From Candidatus Goldiibacteriota bacterium (GTDB taxonomy: Bacteria > Oederibacteriota > PGYV01 > DSYL01), in assembly GCA_018000835.1 (NCBI GenBank), contig JAGNJD010000002.1, positions 1,732-65,731 of the forward strand: a DNA stretch of 64,000 bases, read 5' to 3'. Each line of letters opens with the position of its first letter. The stretch's first letter is position 1. The translations under genes and the position numbers were made by a program. The notes below the pieces were generated by a model. The model was not told the origin of the DNA. It saw only the letters and a list, made by a program, of their open reading frames with translations, and searched no databases. This document shows, in pieces, positions 10,380-20,996 of this stretch.

Positions 10380-10450
10380 TTTACCAACCCCCCCTTTGTC
10401 CTCCTTTTTAAAGTGGAAAAAGAAACAAAGTAATTTCCCCTATTTAAAAA
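10380..10450. repeat. Degenerate repeat family A unit
   Basis: ccccccctttgtcctcctttttaaagtgg...taatttcccctatttaaaaaagatgggtca is a diverged copy of the twin-hairpin unit. Confidence 0.4.
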
Positions 10451-10472
10451 AGATGGGTCAAAAAGAATATTT

Positions 10473-10690
10473 TTATTGAATCATATCGTTCCCACCCATC
10501 GTTTTAAAAATGTAGAGACTTAAGCTTGCTCTGTCTCTGAAAACAAATTAAATGGTGGAAATTTTTACAAATGGTTATGAAAACAAAACAGCGGTTTATC
10601 CTGTGCTGGTCGCGTGGCACACCGTTTGAATATCCGCCTTGCTTATCTTTGAGACACAGCAATCTTAAGTCTCTACGAATCTTGTTATCT
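10473..10690 (+). repeat. Repeat family B copy 1 (~220 bp element with ~26-bp terminal inverted repeats)
   Basis: ~90% identical to 54158..54378. Contains gtagagacttaagcttgctctgtctc ... gagacacagcaatcttaagtctctac inverted repeats enclosing ~115 nt. The internal ORF 10571..10810 is probably spurious. Confidence 0.7.
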
Positions 10691-10711
10691 TACCTTGCGA
10701 CGTGTATTACT

Positions 10712-10765
10712 AAAGGGGGAAAAAATATTTCCCCTCTTTGGAAAAAGAGGGGTCACCTGTTTTTT
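10712..10765. repeat. Repeat family A partial unit
   Basis: aaagggggaaaaaatatttcccctctttggaaaaagaggggtcacc. Confidence 0.5.
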
Positions 10766-10806
10766 TTCGGATTGACTTTTAAAATTGTATATATAATAAT
10801 TATCTT

Positions 10807-12060
10807 ATGAAAAAAAAAGTACTTTTAACATTTATATTGTTGTTTTTGTTACTTTTATCCGCTGAAATGGATTTATTTTCATTTAAAATCGGCAGATTAA
10901 CGCAGAATTTTTCTACTGCCGAACTGTCTTTTTTAATTTTTGACTTTTTTGCCGTTTTATTTATCAGAAAAAACAATTTCAGAAATTTTTTGGAGCATTA
11001 TAAGCCCCTGATTTTTTTGTCTTTGTTGTTTTTGTTGTCCGGACTTTTATCTTCCATTTTTTCTCCGGTTGATAAAATATATGCATTCAAAAATCTTGTG
11101 CGGTATTTTTTGTTCGCTACGTCTTCATTATTATTCATATATCTAACCTTCGTAGAGCGGGACGTAAAAGATTATTTTTATTTTTCCCTGTTTATCATTG
11201 CAATCTTACTGTCTCTTGTTTCAATTGTTGAATCATTTAATCAGTCCTTTGCAGGTTTACTGGCGGATATTTTTCGCGGCGGTAATTCAGTTTACATAAA
11301 TAACAGGCTGAGACCATCTGCAACGCTTACGCATTCCAACATTTTTTCATGTTTTATGGCCATATCCGTGTTTGTTGCATTAAAGATATATTTTGAAAAT
11401 AAAATATCAAAAATAACTTTTATTTGCGGAGTTATTTTGTTTCTTACCGGATTGTCGTTTGGAAGTTCCAGAAATGCTTTATGGACTTTTTTAATAGCCT
11501 TGCTTGTTTTTGCTTTGAATAAAAAACATTTAAAAAAAATTGCTGCTTTGATTTTTTTAACGTTTTTAATTACGTATTTTGCTTTTACCCCTTCATTAAA
11601 AAGAATGGCAGAAATTAAAACGGAATCGTCCGTTTCAAGAATACTTCTATGGAAATCCTCAGTAAAAATGTTTAAAGATTATCCGATCCTGGGGGTAGGA
11701 CCCGGATGTTTTAATAAATCCATCATAAAATATGCTTCGGAGGATTTGTTACGCATTGAAAATCAGTTTATTAATAAATCGGCCTTAAATGCACACAATG
11801 GGTTTTTTAACGCGCTTGCAGAATTTGGTTTAAGCGGAATTATTATTTTAACTATATTTTTATTTTATTATCTGTCTTTTTTCGTCAAACTGCATCCATT
11901 TCCTTCCGATACGCTGAGTTATTCCGTGTTATTTGTAATTTCCCTGCCGTTTTTAGCCGATGCCTTTTTTTATAGTTATTTTTATATGACTGTTTTTTGT
12001 ATCATTTTGTTTCTTTTATTGCAAAAAACAGATAATTCACGTTTTGTAGTAAGGCATTAA
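10807..12060 (+). CDS. O-antigen ligase / Wzy-like polymerase family membrane protein
   Basis: About 10 predicted TM helices. Wzy_C-like motif GVGPGCF...AHNGFFNALAEFGLSG in a periplasmic loop. Confidence 0.6.
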   Translation: MKKKVLLTFILLFLLLLSAEMDLFSFKIGRLTQNFSTAELSFLIFDFFAVLFIRKNNFRNFLEHYKPLIFLSLLFLLSGLLSSIFSPVDKIYAFKNLVRYFLFATSSLLFIYLTFVERDVKDYFYFSLFIIAILLSLVSIVESFNQSFAGLLADIFRGGNSVYINNRLRPSATLTHSNIFSCFMAISVFVALKIYFENKISKITFICGVILFLTGLSFGSSRNALWTFLIALLVFALNKKHLKKIAALIFLTFLITYFAFTPSLKRMAEIKTESSVSRILLWKSSVKMFKDYPILGVGPGCFNKSIIKYASEDLLRIENQFINKSALNAHNGFFNALAEFGLSGIIILTIFLFYYLSFFVKLHPFPSDTLSYSVLFVISLPFLADAFFYSYFYMTVFCIILFLLLQKTDNSRFVVRH

Positions 12061-13173
12061 ATCCTCATAAACAGAAATTATCTCTTCTGCAGTTTTATCC
12101 CATGAAAATTTTTCTGCCTGTTTTCTGCCTTTTTCAACGAGTTCTTTTCTAATTCCATCGTTTTCAATAACCGATACCATGGCATCTATTAGTTCGTCAA
12201 CGTTATAGGGGTCTATTAAAATGGCCGCATCTCCGGCTATTTCCGGTATTGAAGAAACAGAGGATGTAATCAAAGGGACACCGGCATTAAAGGCATCCAG
12301 AACGGGCATGCCGAATCCTTCATATATGGAAGGAAACAAAAAACAAAATGCACCTTTTACAAGGGGAATTAAATCTTCATCAGGAACAAAACCGGTAAAA
12401 ATAAAATCATCGTTTGATTCCGTTAATTTGTATAATTCATCCACCAGCCATCCCCTGGAACCGACAAAAACCATGCAAAAATCATTGTATTTTTTTTGTA
12501 TTTCAAGAAACGCCTTTGCGATTCTTACGACGTTTTTTTTGGGTTCCAGAGTTCCCGTAAAAATAAAATATTTCTTCGTTATGTTGTATTTTTGTTTCAC
12601 CCGTTGTATTTGTTCATCAGGTATAAATTTTTTAAACTCATCCCTTCCTGCAAGATAAACAACTTTTATTTTATTCTCTTTCGGTTTGTAATATTTAATC
12701 AGGTCTTTTTTCGTATTTTCCGATGAAGTTATAATAACGTCGTCACTTTTTAACATAAACGGAATTATGTGCCTGCACATAAACAAACTTTTGTATGATG
12801 CTTCCCTGCTGAATATCAGAGGTATTATGTCGTGTATTGTCTGGACCAGTTTAAAACCTTTTTTCCATGCAGGGCCAAGAAAATCAAGAGAATGAAACAT
12901 GTCAATTTTATTTTTAACTGCATAAAAAGGGCTGAACCATACAGCCCTTTTTGCAGTGCTGTTATGTTTCCTTATTTCATCGTGGATTATTACGTTTTCT
13001 TTTAAAAAAGAATCTGCCTCTGTTTCTGCCCCGGGAAAAAGATGTATTTCCCATTTATCTGTCGGCAATTTATTTATCACTCTTTTTACTATTTCCATCT
13101 CAGCCCTGCCTATTCCGGAACCTTTTGGAGACATCGTCCGAACATCCAGACCGAGTTTTATTTTTTTATTCAT
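12037..13173 (-). CDS. Glycosyltransferase family 1 (GT4-type)
   Basis: C-terminal EGFGMPVLDAFNAGVPLITS...IPEIAGDAA motif characteristic of GT-B family 1 transferases. Confidence 0.85.
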   Translation of the reverse strand: MNKKIKLGLDVRTMSPKGSGIGRAEMEIVKRVINKLPTDKWEIHLFPGAETEADSFLKENVIIHDEIRKHNSTAKRAVWFSPFYAVKNKIDMFHSLDFLGPAWKKGFKLVQTIHDIIPLIFSREASYKSLFMCRHIIPFMLKSDDVIITSSENTKKDLIKYYKPKENKIKVVYLAGRDEFKKFIPDEQIQRVKQKYNITKKYFIFTGTLEPKKNVVRIAKAFLEIQKKYNDFCMVFVGSRGWLVDELYKLTESNDDFIFTGFVPDEDLIPLVKGAFCFLFPSIYEGFGMPVLDAFNAGVPLITSSVSSIPEIAGDAAILIDPYNVDELIDAMVSVIENDGIRKELVEKGRKQAEKFSWDKTAEEIISVYEDLMPYYKT

Positions 13174-13175
13174 GA

Positions 13176-14603
13176 TTATCTGTTTAAAATAAATTTTATA
13201 TCGGAATAATACTGCCTGCCGTTTATCAAAAAATTAACTGTTAGATATATTATTAACGTTATGAATAAGAAAACTATAAGAATTATTAGATTATCTACAC
13301 TGACTTTAGCCGTTAAAAAATAAACGGCTGCAACCGTTACAATAAAAGATATCAGGGACGGCAGAATGTTTCTTAAAATTCTGATGTTAAACTCCTTTTT
13401 TGCATCATACATGCATTTAACATTAATAAGATAGGTAAGCAAAACTGCAATACCATAGCCCGTAATGTCGTATTTTGGCACCAATATCAAAGAAAAAATC
13501 CAGAAGCCCACTGCCCATGCAATGGATAATTTTAATGTATATACTGCCTTTCCTTTTGCATTAAAAGCATTTATGAACGGAACGACTGAGCCCAGTAAAA
13601 AATTTACAAAAACAAGTAAATATAACAAATTCAGGGCCGGCAGCCATTTTTCAGTATAAAGTATGATTGTAATTGGTTTTGCAAGAGCAAAAAGCATGGC
13701 TGCAATTGCCATAATGACAAGAATATTAATCCGCGTTATTATTTCCAGTGCGTTACCAAATTTTTCTTTGTCGTCCTGTATTCTGGAAAAAAATGGAAAT
13801 AAAATTCTTGAAAGTAAATTGGAAAGCATAATCGGATAAATGGCAAGTGAGTTTGCCCACGTTAAATATCCCAGGGATTTTACTCCAAGAACAGAACCTA
13901 TCCAGATGGGAACAGTGCTGTCTTTTATAAAATTTACGAAATGGCTGCCCTGAAAAGACAAACCAAAAGGTAAAATCGTCTTTATTTTATCAAAATCAAA
14001 CCTGTATCTTATTTTCCATCCGGAAATAAAAAATACTATGACGAGCATTACGACGTTTTTTGCGAGTAATCCCAAAACCATTGACCAGACGCCAAATCCT
14101 GCAAATGCCAGTGAAACGGCTGTCCCCTGAAATGCAAGGGTTTCCATTATTTCAAGAAACGTTATTTTGTCAAACAATAAATCTCTTTCGAGTAACTGGA
14201 CCTGAACCATCCTGAATGATAAAAGGAAAAATGAAACAATTGATACGCGGAACAGCCAGATTACCTCCGGTTTTTTTAACTGTGGTTCCAGAAATAGAGT
14301 AACGATTAAAAGAATTAACGAAATAACAAACATAAGTATCTGCTGAAAAGTAAAAATGGTTGCAATGAATTCATCCGATAATTTTCCCGGCTCTCTTATT
14401 ATAACCGCCCCTAAACCACTGTCCCCTATCAGGACAAAAAATGTCATAAGAAACATGATAAGTGCATACGTGCCAAAATCCTCCGGCAATAAAATTCTTG
14501 CCAGAATTAAATTGCCCAAAAAATTAATGACGTTAATTATAAGTTGCCTGCCAACGAGAAAACCCGTTCCCTTTAATACCTTTTTTCTTAAAATTCCTTC
14601 CAT
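13176..14603 (-). CDS. Polysaccharide biosynthesis flippase (Wzx/MOP superfamily)
   Basis: 475 aa with 12-14 predicted TM helices. The N-terminus (LVGRQLIINVINFLGNLILARILLPEDFGTYAL) is typical of Wzx/RfbX-type oligosaccharide flippases. Adjacent to a GT1 gene and a Wzy-like gene. Confidence 0.7.
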   Translation of the reverse strand: MEGILRKKVLKGTGFLVGRQLIINVINFLGNLILARILLPEDFGTYALIMFLMTFFVLIGDSGLGAVIIREPGKLSDEFIATIFTFQQILMFVISLILLIVTLFLEPQLKKPEVIWLFRVSIVSFFLLSFRMVQVQLLERDLLFDKITFLEIMETLAFQGTAVSLAFAGFGVWSMVLGLLAKNVVMLVIVFFISGWKIRYRFDFDKIKTILPFGLSFQGSHFVNFIKDSTVPIWIGSVLGVKSLGYLTWANSLAIYPIMLSNLLSRILFPFFSRIQDDKEKFGNALEIITRINILVIMAIAAMLFALAKPITIILYTEKWLPALNLLYLLVFVNFLLGSVVPFINAFNAKGKAVYTLKLSIAWAVGFWIFSLILVPKYDITGYGIAVLLTYLINVKCMYDAKKEFNIRILRNILPSLISFIVTVAAVYFLTAKVSVDNLIILIVFLFITLIIYLTVNFLINGRQYYSDIKFILNR

Positions 14604-14807
14604 TCGATGTCTCCTGCATCATACCGGCATCTGCTTTTTAATCCGACAGGTTGCTAAAAAATTATTTTGTTTATTATTACGAATGGCATTTCTGCCTCTC
14701 CTTAGCCACCCGCAATGACAATTAAGAATATTTTCCAACAATTTGTTTGTAATATGCCTGCTTTTATAAGGTGGGGATATGGCATATCGTGCAATGGTAT
14801 CAAAAAA

Positions 14808-17168
14808 TTATTTCTTTTTTTCAATTGCAATTTTTATCACTTCATCCATGGTTTTTACGAAATAAAACTTCAAATTTTTCTTTATGTAATCTGGAAGTTC
14901 CGTATAATCCTTGCGGTTAAATTCAGGAATTATAACTTCTTTTATTCCGTTTCTGTGCGCCGCGAGGGTTTTTTCCTTTAATCCGCCTATTGGCAGAACC
15001 CTGCCCGTTAACGTTATCTCTCCGGTCATTGCAACATCTTTTTTTACCGGCTTGCCGGTAAAAGCGGATATCAGGGAAGTGGCTATCGTAATCCCGGCAG
15101 AAGGCCCGTCTTTTGGTATTGCGCCTTCCGGGACGTGAACGTGGACGTCTGTCTTTGAAAATACGTCTTCCTTTATTCCGAGTTTTTTTGCTTTTGAACG
15201 GATGTAACTTAAAGCAGCCTGTCCGGATTCTTTCATAACATCGCCGAGTTTTCCGGTAAGAATCAACGTGCCCTTGCCTTTAAAAATTGACACTTCTATT
15301 ATCAATACGTCGCCCCCGAATTCCGTCCAGGCAAGTCCGGTTGCAATGCCAACGCCGTTTACGTCTTTTGTCGGGACGTCTAAAAATTTAGGCACGCCAA
15401 GAAATTTATCTATGTTTTCTTCCGTTATCAGTATTTTTTTAAATTTCGTTTCGCTTACTTTTGCCTTTGCTACTTTTCTGCAAACCGTCTTTATCTCCCT
15501 CTCAAGGTTACGCACGCCTGCTTCTTTCGTATAATTATTAATTATTGACAGAACTGCCTTTTCATTTATCTGGACATCTTTATCCGTTAATCCATGCTGT
15601 TTTAACTGTTTTGGAATGAGGAATTTCTGTGCAATGTTTAATTTTTCAAAATCCGTATAACTGTTTATCTCAATTATTTCCATTCTGTCCTGCAACGGCA
15701 GAGGTATGTTGTATAAAGTATTTGCAGTCGTTATGAACATAACGTCCGACAGGTCAAATTCAGTATCCAGATAATGATCCATAAAAGTATTGTTTTGTTC
15801 CGGGTCCAGGACCTCTAACAGGGCAGCAGCAGGGTCGCCCCTGAAATCAGAAGACATTTTGTCAATTTCGTCCATCAAAAATACGGGATTTTTGGATTTT
15901 GCCTTACGGATTGACTGTATTATTCTTCCCGGCATTGCTCCTATGTAGGTTCTCCTGTGACCTCTTATTTCCGCTTCGTCCCGGACACCGCCAAGGGATA
16001 TACGCACAAAATTACGTCCCATTGCACGGGCAATAGATTTTGCAAGTGAAGTTTTACCAACGCCAGGCGGGCCTACAAAGCACAGAATGGGGTCCGTTAC
16101 TTTTTTATCTTTAATGTTCTTTTTTACCGCAAGATATTCTATTATTCTTTCTTTTGGTTTTTCAAGGCCAAAGTGGTCCTCTTCCAGAATTTTTTCCACG
16201 TTTTTAATTTCAATTTTTTCCTTTGTTTTGAAATTCCACGGCAGCGCAATAAGCCAGTCAAGATACGTCCTTATCACCGTTGCTTCTGCCGACATTGGCA
16301 TCATTTTTTCAAGACGCGATAATTCCTTTAATGCTTTGTCTTCTGCGTCTTTTGACATCTTTGCTTTTTTTATTTTTTCCCTTAGTTCTTCAACTTCGTT
16401 ATACGTTGAATCCGTCTTTCCAAGTTCTTTTTGTATTGCTTTTAATTGTTCATATAAATAATATTCACGCTGGGATTTTTCCAGTTGACTTTTGACTTTG
16501 CCCTGTATTTTCTTCTCAATGTCTAATATTTCGTTTTCCCTTTGCAGATAAGATGATAGCTGCTGCAGTCTTTTTGCCGGATCTTCCATCTCAAGTAAAT
16601 TCTGTTTCTCCTCATTTTTTAAATAAATGTGTGCTGCTATGACGTCTGCAAGCCGTCCCGGATTGTCAATTTCGGAGACCGACATCAACGTCTCCGGTGG
16701 TATCTTTTTATTCATCCGGACGTATTTCTGGAATTCGTCCATAATCATCCGCATCAATGCTTCTATTTCTTTCGTTTTCACCGTATTTTCGTTTATTCTT
16801 TCTATGGAAACCTCAAAAAAAGGTTCTTCCTGCAGATATTCTTTTATTTTTCCCCTCGTTAGTCCCTCTACAAGAACGCGGATTGCACCATCGGGAAGTT
16901 TTAAAATTTGAAGTATTTCTGAAATCGTTCCCATCTCAAAAATGTCTTTCTTTTTTGGGTCGTCCGTCCTTGCATCTTTTTGTGCAACGAGAAATATTAT
17001 CCTGTCGCGTTCCATTGCCGTCTCAAGTGCTTTGATTGATTTTTCCCTTCCGACAAAAAGAGGTATTACCATGTTTGGAAAAATTACAAGGTCGCGCAGG
17101 GCAAGGAGAGGCACTTTTTCTATCTTGCGTTCGTCGTTTACGTTTTGTTTTTCGTTAAGATCCGGCAT
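14808..17168 (-). CDS. lon: ATP-dependent Lon protease
   Basis: N-terminal LON domain, AAA+ Walker A GPPGVGKTS, and a C-terminal proteolytic domain with DGPSAG...catalytic Ser/Lys. 786 aa. Confidence 0.95.
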   Translation of the reverse strand: MPDLNEKQNVNDERKIEKVPLLALRDLVIFPNMVIPLFVGREKSIKALETAMERDRIIFLVAQKDARTDDPKKKDIFEMGTISEILQILKLPDGAIRVLVEGLTRGKIKEYLQEEPFFEVSIERINENTVKTKEIEALMRMIMDEFQKYVRMNKKIPPETLMSVSEIDNPGRLADVIAAHIYLKNEEKQNLLEMEDPAKRLQQLSSYLQRENEILDIEKKIQGKVKSQLEKSQREYYLYEQLKAIQKELGKTDSTYNEVEELREKIKKAKMSKDAEDKALKELSRLEKMMPMSAEATVIRTYLDWLIALPWNFKTKEKIEIKNVEKILEEDHFGLEKPKERIIEYLAVKKNIKDKKVTDPILCFVGPPGVGKTSLAKSIARAMGRNFVRISLGGVRDEAEIRGHRRTYIGAMPGRIIQSIRKAKSKNPVFLMDEIDKMSSDFRGDPAAALLEVLDPEQNNTFMDHYLDTEFDLSDVMFITTANTLYNIPLPLQDRMEIIEINSYTDFEKLNIAQKFLIPKQLKQHGLTDKDVQINEKAVLSIINNYTKEAGVRNLEREIKTVCRKVAKAKVSETKFKKILITEENIDKFLGVPKFLDVPTKDVNGVGIATGLAWTEFGGDVLIIEVSIFKGKGTLILTGKLGDVMKESGQAALSYIRSKAKKLGIKEDVFSKTDVHVHVPEGAIPKDGPSAGITIATSLISAFTGKPVKKDVAMTGEITLTGRVLPIGGLKEKTLAAHRNGIKEVIIPEFNRKDYTELPDYIKKNLKFYFVKTMDEVIKIAIEKKK

Positions 17169-17180
17169 TTTTTCGTTCCC

Positions 17181-18389
17181 CTATGCTATTTTATTTTTTC
17201 TGATTGCCATTAATTTGTCTTTTTTTCCTTCAACGATGTCTTTATCAATAACGACTTCTTTGGCATCTTTAATTGATGGTATTTCATACATGATGTCAAT
17301 CATAATTGACTCTATTATCGACCTCAGGCCCCTTGCTCCTACTTCTTTTTTTATTGCTTCACGTGCCACGGCTATTTTTGCATCTTCTTTAAACCTAAAA
17401 TCTACGCCATCGTGTTTTAACAAAACTTCGTATTGTTTTAAAATTGAGTTCTTTGGTTTGTCAAGAATTTCCACCAATTCTTTTTCGTCCAGTTCGGATA
17501 AAGTTGCAATTACCGGCAATCTCCCTACGAATTCAGGAATCATACCGTATTTAATCAAATCAACGGGCAACGTTTGTGACAATATTTCGTATCTGTCTTT
17601 TGTCCCTGCATTCATTTCTTCCTTGTTTTTATAACCAAAAATCTTTTTTTGTAATCTTCTCTGGACAATCTTATCAAGTCCGACAAAAGCACCGCCGACG
17701 ATGAACAGTATGTCGTGAGTGTTGACTTTTATATACTCCTGATAGGGATGTTTCCTGCCGCCTTTGGGAGGTATGTTTGCAATCGTGCCTTCAAGTATTT
17801 TAAGAAGTGCCTGTTGCACTCCTTCACCCGATACGTCTCTCGTAATTGATATATTTTCCGATTTCCTTGCGATTTTATCTATTTCGTCAATGTAAACAAT
17901 GCCTTTTTCTGCCTGGTCAACGTTAAAATTTGCGTTTTCAAGCAACCGCAAAACGATGTTTTCAACGTCTTCACCGACGTAACCTGCTTCTGTTAAAGTA
18001 GTTGCGTCTGAAATTGCAAAAGGGACGTTTAAAATTTTTGCAAGCGTTTCTGCAAAAAGTGTTTTCCCGGAGCCGGTCGGTCCTATTAAAAGTATGTTTG
18101 ATTTCTGCATTTCAACGTTATCTTTTGATTTTAACATAATTCTCTTATAATGGTTATACACCGCAACTGATAAAATCTTTTTTGCAGTATTTTGCGAAAT
18201 CACATATTGGTCAAGTAAATTTTTAATTTCCTTTGGAGTCGGCAGTTTTTTTAAATTTTCTTCCTTTTTCTCCGTTTTTTCCACTTCATTAAAAATCTCT
18301 ATGCACTCGTTGCATATTGCAACTCCGTTGGAAATGATTATCTTTTTTACGTCTTTTTCCTTTTTACCGCAGAATGAACACATATACAT
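17181..18389 (-). CDS. clpX: ATP-dependent Clp protease ATP-binding subunit ClpX
   Basis: N-terminal C4 zinc finger (CSFCGK...CNEC), Walker A GPTGSGKT and the GYVG pore loop. Confidence 0.95.
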   Translation of the reverse strand: MYMCSFCGKKEKDVKKIIISNGVAICNECIEIFNEVEKTEKKEENLKKLPTPKEIKNLLDQYVISQNTAKKILSVAVYNHYKRIMLKSKDNVEMQKSNILLIGPTGSGKTLFAETLAKILNVPFAISDATTLTEAGYVGEDVENIVLRLLENANFNVDQAEKGIVYIDEIDKIARKSENISITRDVSGEGVQQALLKILEGTIANIPPKGGRKHPYQEYIKVNTHDILFIVGGAFVGLDKIVQRRLQKKIFGYKNKEEMNAGTKDRYEILSQTLPVDLIKYGMIPEFVGRLPVIATLSELDEKELVEILDKPKNSILKQYEVLLKHDGVDFRFKEDAKIAVAREAIKKEVGARGLRSIIESIMIDIMYEIPSIKDAKEVVIDKDIVEGKKDKLMAIRKNKIA

Positions 18390-18391
18390 AT

Positions 18392-18997
18392 TTATTTTTC
18401 TTCCTTTGCTTTATCTTTTCTGGTTTCAATTATCTCGTCAATTATTCCATATTCCTTTGCTTCCTCAGACGTCATAAAATAATCCCTATCCGTATCTTTT
18501 TCTATCTTCTTTAACGTCTGACCCGTATGTTTTGCCAGTATTTTGTTTAACCTCTCCCGTAATTTTAAAATTTCTTTTGCATGTATGTCTATGTCGGAAG
18601 CCTGTCCCTGGACGCCACCCATCGGCTGATGAATTAAAATCCTTGAATTGGGCAATGCATATCTTTTTCCCTTTGTACCCGCTGCAAGTAAAACGGCAGC
18701 CATACTCGCAGCCTGCCCGACACAAATCGTCGTGATTGGCGATTTAATGTATTGCATTGTATCATAAATTGCCATGCCAGAACTTACTATCCCTCCAGGG
18801 CTGTTTACGTATAAAGAAATTTCTTTACCCATATCTTCTCCGTCAAGGAATAACAACTGTGCTATTATCAGATTTGCAACGTCGTCGTCTATGGGCATGC
18901 CTATAAATACTATTCTTTCTTTTAATAAACGCGAATAAATATCGTAAGCTCTCTCGCCTCTGTCGCTTTGTTCTATAACCATGGGAATCAAACTCAT
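18392..18997 (-). CDS. clpP: ATP-dependent Clp protease proteolytic subunit ClpP
   Basis: 201 aa. Ser-His-Asp triad context (GQAASMAA...HQP...). Adjacent to clpX. Confidence 0.95.
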   Translation of the reverse strand: MSLIPMVIEQSDRGERAYDIYSRLLKERIVFIGMPIDDDVANLIIAQLLFLDGEDMGKEISLYVNSPGGIVSSGMAIYDTMQYIKSPITTICVGQAASMAAVLLAAGTKGKRYALPNSRILIHQPMGGVQGQASDIDIHAKEILKLRERLNKILAKHTGQTLKKIEKDTDRDYFMTSEEAKEYGIIDEIIETRKDKAKEEK

Positions 18998-19086
18998 ATC
19001 GTGCCTCCTTTAAATAGATAACAATTTTTCATCGTAGTCAATGAACATCCTTAAAAAACATTCTCACAAAACACTTTAAAGAACCT

Positions 19087-20370
19087 TTATTTCACGGAAT
19101 TGCTTCCTGCGATTTCAAGAAGTTTATCTATAACTTTATCTTCAAGTAACTGGGCTTTTAAAACGTCCCAGTTTGGTTTTGCCCTTTTTATCAGAGCATC
19201 TACATCTTCTTTGCTTTCTGCTGCAATTTTTTTTATTTCATTTTCTATGTCACCGTCTGTTATTTCTATTTTTTCAATTTCCCCTATTTTTCGTAAAATA
19301 TATCTAAGACGGACGTTTTCTTCCGCGATTTTTAATTGTTCCGCTCGTATTTTATCCCTGTCAAGCCCCATCTTTTCTATGGACAATCCGCGTGAGAGCA
19401 ACTGATTTTCATAGCGTTTTAGAAGATTATCGGCCTCCATTTCAACAAGACTCCTCGCAACTTCAAATTCGTTGTCTTTTAAAAGTACTTTAAATATCTT
19501 GTCCATATTCTGCATTTTTATCTGTTGTTTTAAATATTTTGCGAGTTCCTGTTTAATTACATTAATTAATTCATCTTTCGTCTGATAGGGGCCACCCAGC
19601 GATTTTACAAATTCATCGTTAAATTCAGGAACTTCAAGTTCTTTTATTGATTTTATCTTAACTTTAAAAATAACTTCTTTACCGTTAAATTTTTTATTAT
19701 TATAATCGTCGGGCAATTTTGTCCTTATTTCCTTTTCTTCGCCCTTTTTCATGCTTTTTAAACCATTTTCAACGTCGGGCAGAATGTTTCCCTCACCTAT
19801 CTTTATCAACTCATCCTCACCGGTTAACTCCGGTTCTGCTTTTCCATCAACGAAACCTGCTATAGATATTACGACGTAATCCCCGTCTTTTATTTCGTCT
19901 TTTTGCACGTCCTTTAAAACGCCTCTTGACTGCCTTAACTTATTTATCTCTCTGTCAACGTCATCCGGCATAACCTCTTTAAAATCATTTAAATCAACTT
20001 TGATTCCCTTATAATCTTTCATTTCAAATTCAGGATTTGTCTCAACTATTATTTTAAAATTTAAACCGTCCGGGATGTCAGATTTTACGTCACAAAGCAC
20101 GGGATCCGTTACTATATGTAAATCAGTTTCGCTTAATACCTTTTTTGCGGTATTAAGTATTAAATCTTTTTGCGTTTCTTCTTTTATCGTTTTTTCAAAC
20201 GTTTTCTTAACTATGTTTTCCGGCGCTTTTCCTTTTCTGTAACCGTCTACCTGTGCATTTCCCTTAACGTCTTCCAATACTTTTTTATAAACCGGTTCTA
20301 TGTCATTTGCATCAAGACTGACTTCTATTATTTTGGTACAATTCTTCTCGCTTTTCGTTTCATACTTCAT
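19087..20370 (-). CDS. tig: Trigger factor (ribosome-associated chaperone / PPIase)
   Basis: 427 aa. N-terminal ribosome-binding domain, central FKBP-like segment and a C-terminal helical domain. Conserved tig-clpP-clpX-lon order. Confidence 0.9.
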   Translation of the reverse strand: MKYETKSEKNCTKIIEVSLDANDIEPVYKKVLEDVKGNAQVDGYRKGKAPENIVKKTFEKTIKEETQKDLILNTAKKVLSETDLHIVTDPVLCDVKSDIPDGLNFKIIVETNPEFEMKDYKGIKVDLNDFKEVMPDDVDREINKLRQSRGVLKDVQKDEIKDGDYVVISIAGFVDGKAEPELTGEDELIKIGEGNILPDVENGLKSMKKGEEKEIRTKLPDDYNNKKFNGKEVIFKVKIKSIKELEVPEFNDEFVKSLGGPYQTKDELINVIKQELAKYLKQQIKMQNMDKIFKVLLKDNEFEVARSLVEMEADNLLKRYENQLLSRGLSIEKMGLDRDKIRAEQLKIAEENVRLRYILRKIGEIEKIEITDGDIENEIKKIAAESKEDVDALIKRAKPNWDVLKAQLLEDKVIDKLLEIAGSNSVK

Positions 20371-20391
20371 TAAATCCTCCTGAAATTATAA

Positions 20392-20475
20392 TGGTGCGAG
20401 GAGAGGGACTTGAACCCACACCCGGAATGGACCAGATCCTAAGTCTGGCGCGTCTGCCAATTCCGCCATCCTCGC
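20392..20475 (-). tRNA. tRNA-Leu (anticodon TAG)
   Basis: Minus-strand sense gcgaggatggcggaattggcagacgcgccagacttaggatctgg...ggttcaagtccctctcctcgcacca. Cloverleaf with a long variable arm, anticodon loop cuUAGga and an encoded CCA. Confidence 0.85.
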
Positions 20476-20546
20476 TGAATTAAAAATAATTAGATATTAT
20501 TATAATATTTTTTTGTCTAAATTACAATAAAATTTGGGTTAAAACT

Positions 20547-20605
20547 GGGAATAAGGAAAGACATGGAGGACATTTAAAAAGGTTGAAAATAATGAAAAAA
20601 GAGGG
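20547..20605. repeat. Repeat module C (55-bp conserved block preceding family A arrays)
   Basis: gggaataaggaaagacatggaggacatttaaaaaggttgaaaataatgaaaaaagagggg is near-identical to 53949..54008. Confidence 0.6.
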
Positions 20606-20835
20606 GAATTAACTTTTCTTTTTTTCTCCCCCCTTAGAAAATGGGGACAAAAGAGGATTTGATTGAAATAAAATCTCCCCTGACCCCTCTTTTCCAAAGA
20701 GGGGAATTTATTTTTATCCCCCTTTGAAAAAGGGGGAAAGAGGGGGATTTGTCTTCTTATTCTTTTCCCCCTTTAGAAAATGGGGACAAAGGAGGATTTG
20801 ATTGAAATAAAATCTCCCCTATCCCCTCAATCGCA
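20590..20835. repeat. Repeat family A array (about 3 units, opposite orientation to the other loci)
   Basis: aaaatctcccctgacccctcttttccaaagaggggaa and atccccctttgaaaaagggggaaagagggggattt are reverse complements of the family A hairpins. Units are tandem and lack unique spacers. Confidence 0.7.
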
Positions 20836-20996
20836 GGCTAAAGCCTGCTATTACGAGATGAAAATGAAAAATCACATGGAATGAAACCCAACGTTATTAT
20901 TGACATTTACTTACTTTTTAATAAAATATTAGTAAATATTTAATTATGACGCACAAAAAAATATAAAAACTTACATACAATTTACAGGAGAATAAA

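Noticed and set aside
10571-10810. 79-aa ORF inside family B copy 1. Similar repeat-embedded ORFs are 54281..54502 and 54651..54947, and 63418..63639 lies over the tRNAs.
   Set aside because: These lie entirely within repeat or tRNA sequence, have no RBS, and their sequences are dictated by the palindromes or tRNA. They are treated as non-coding.
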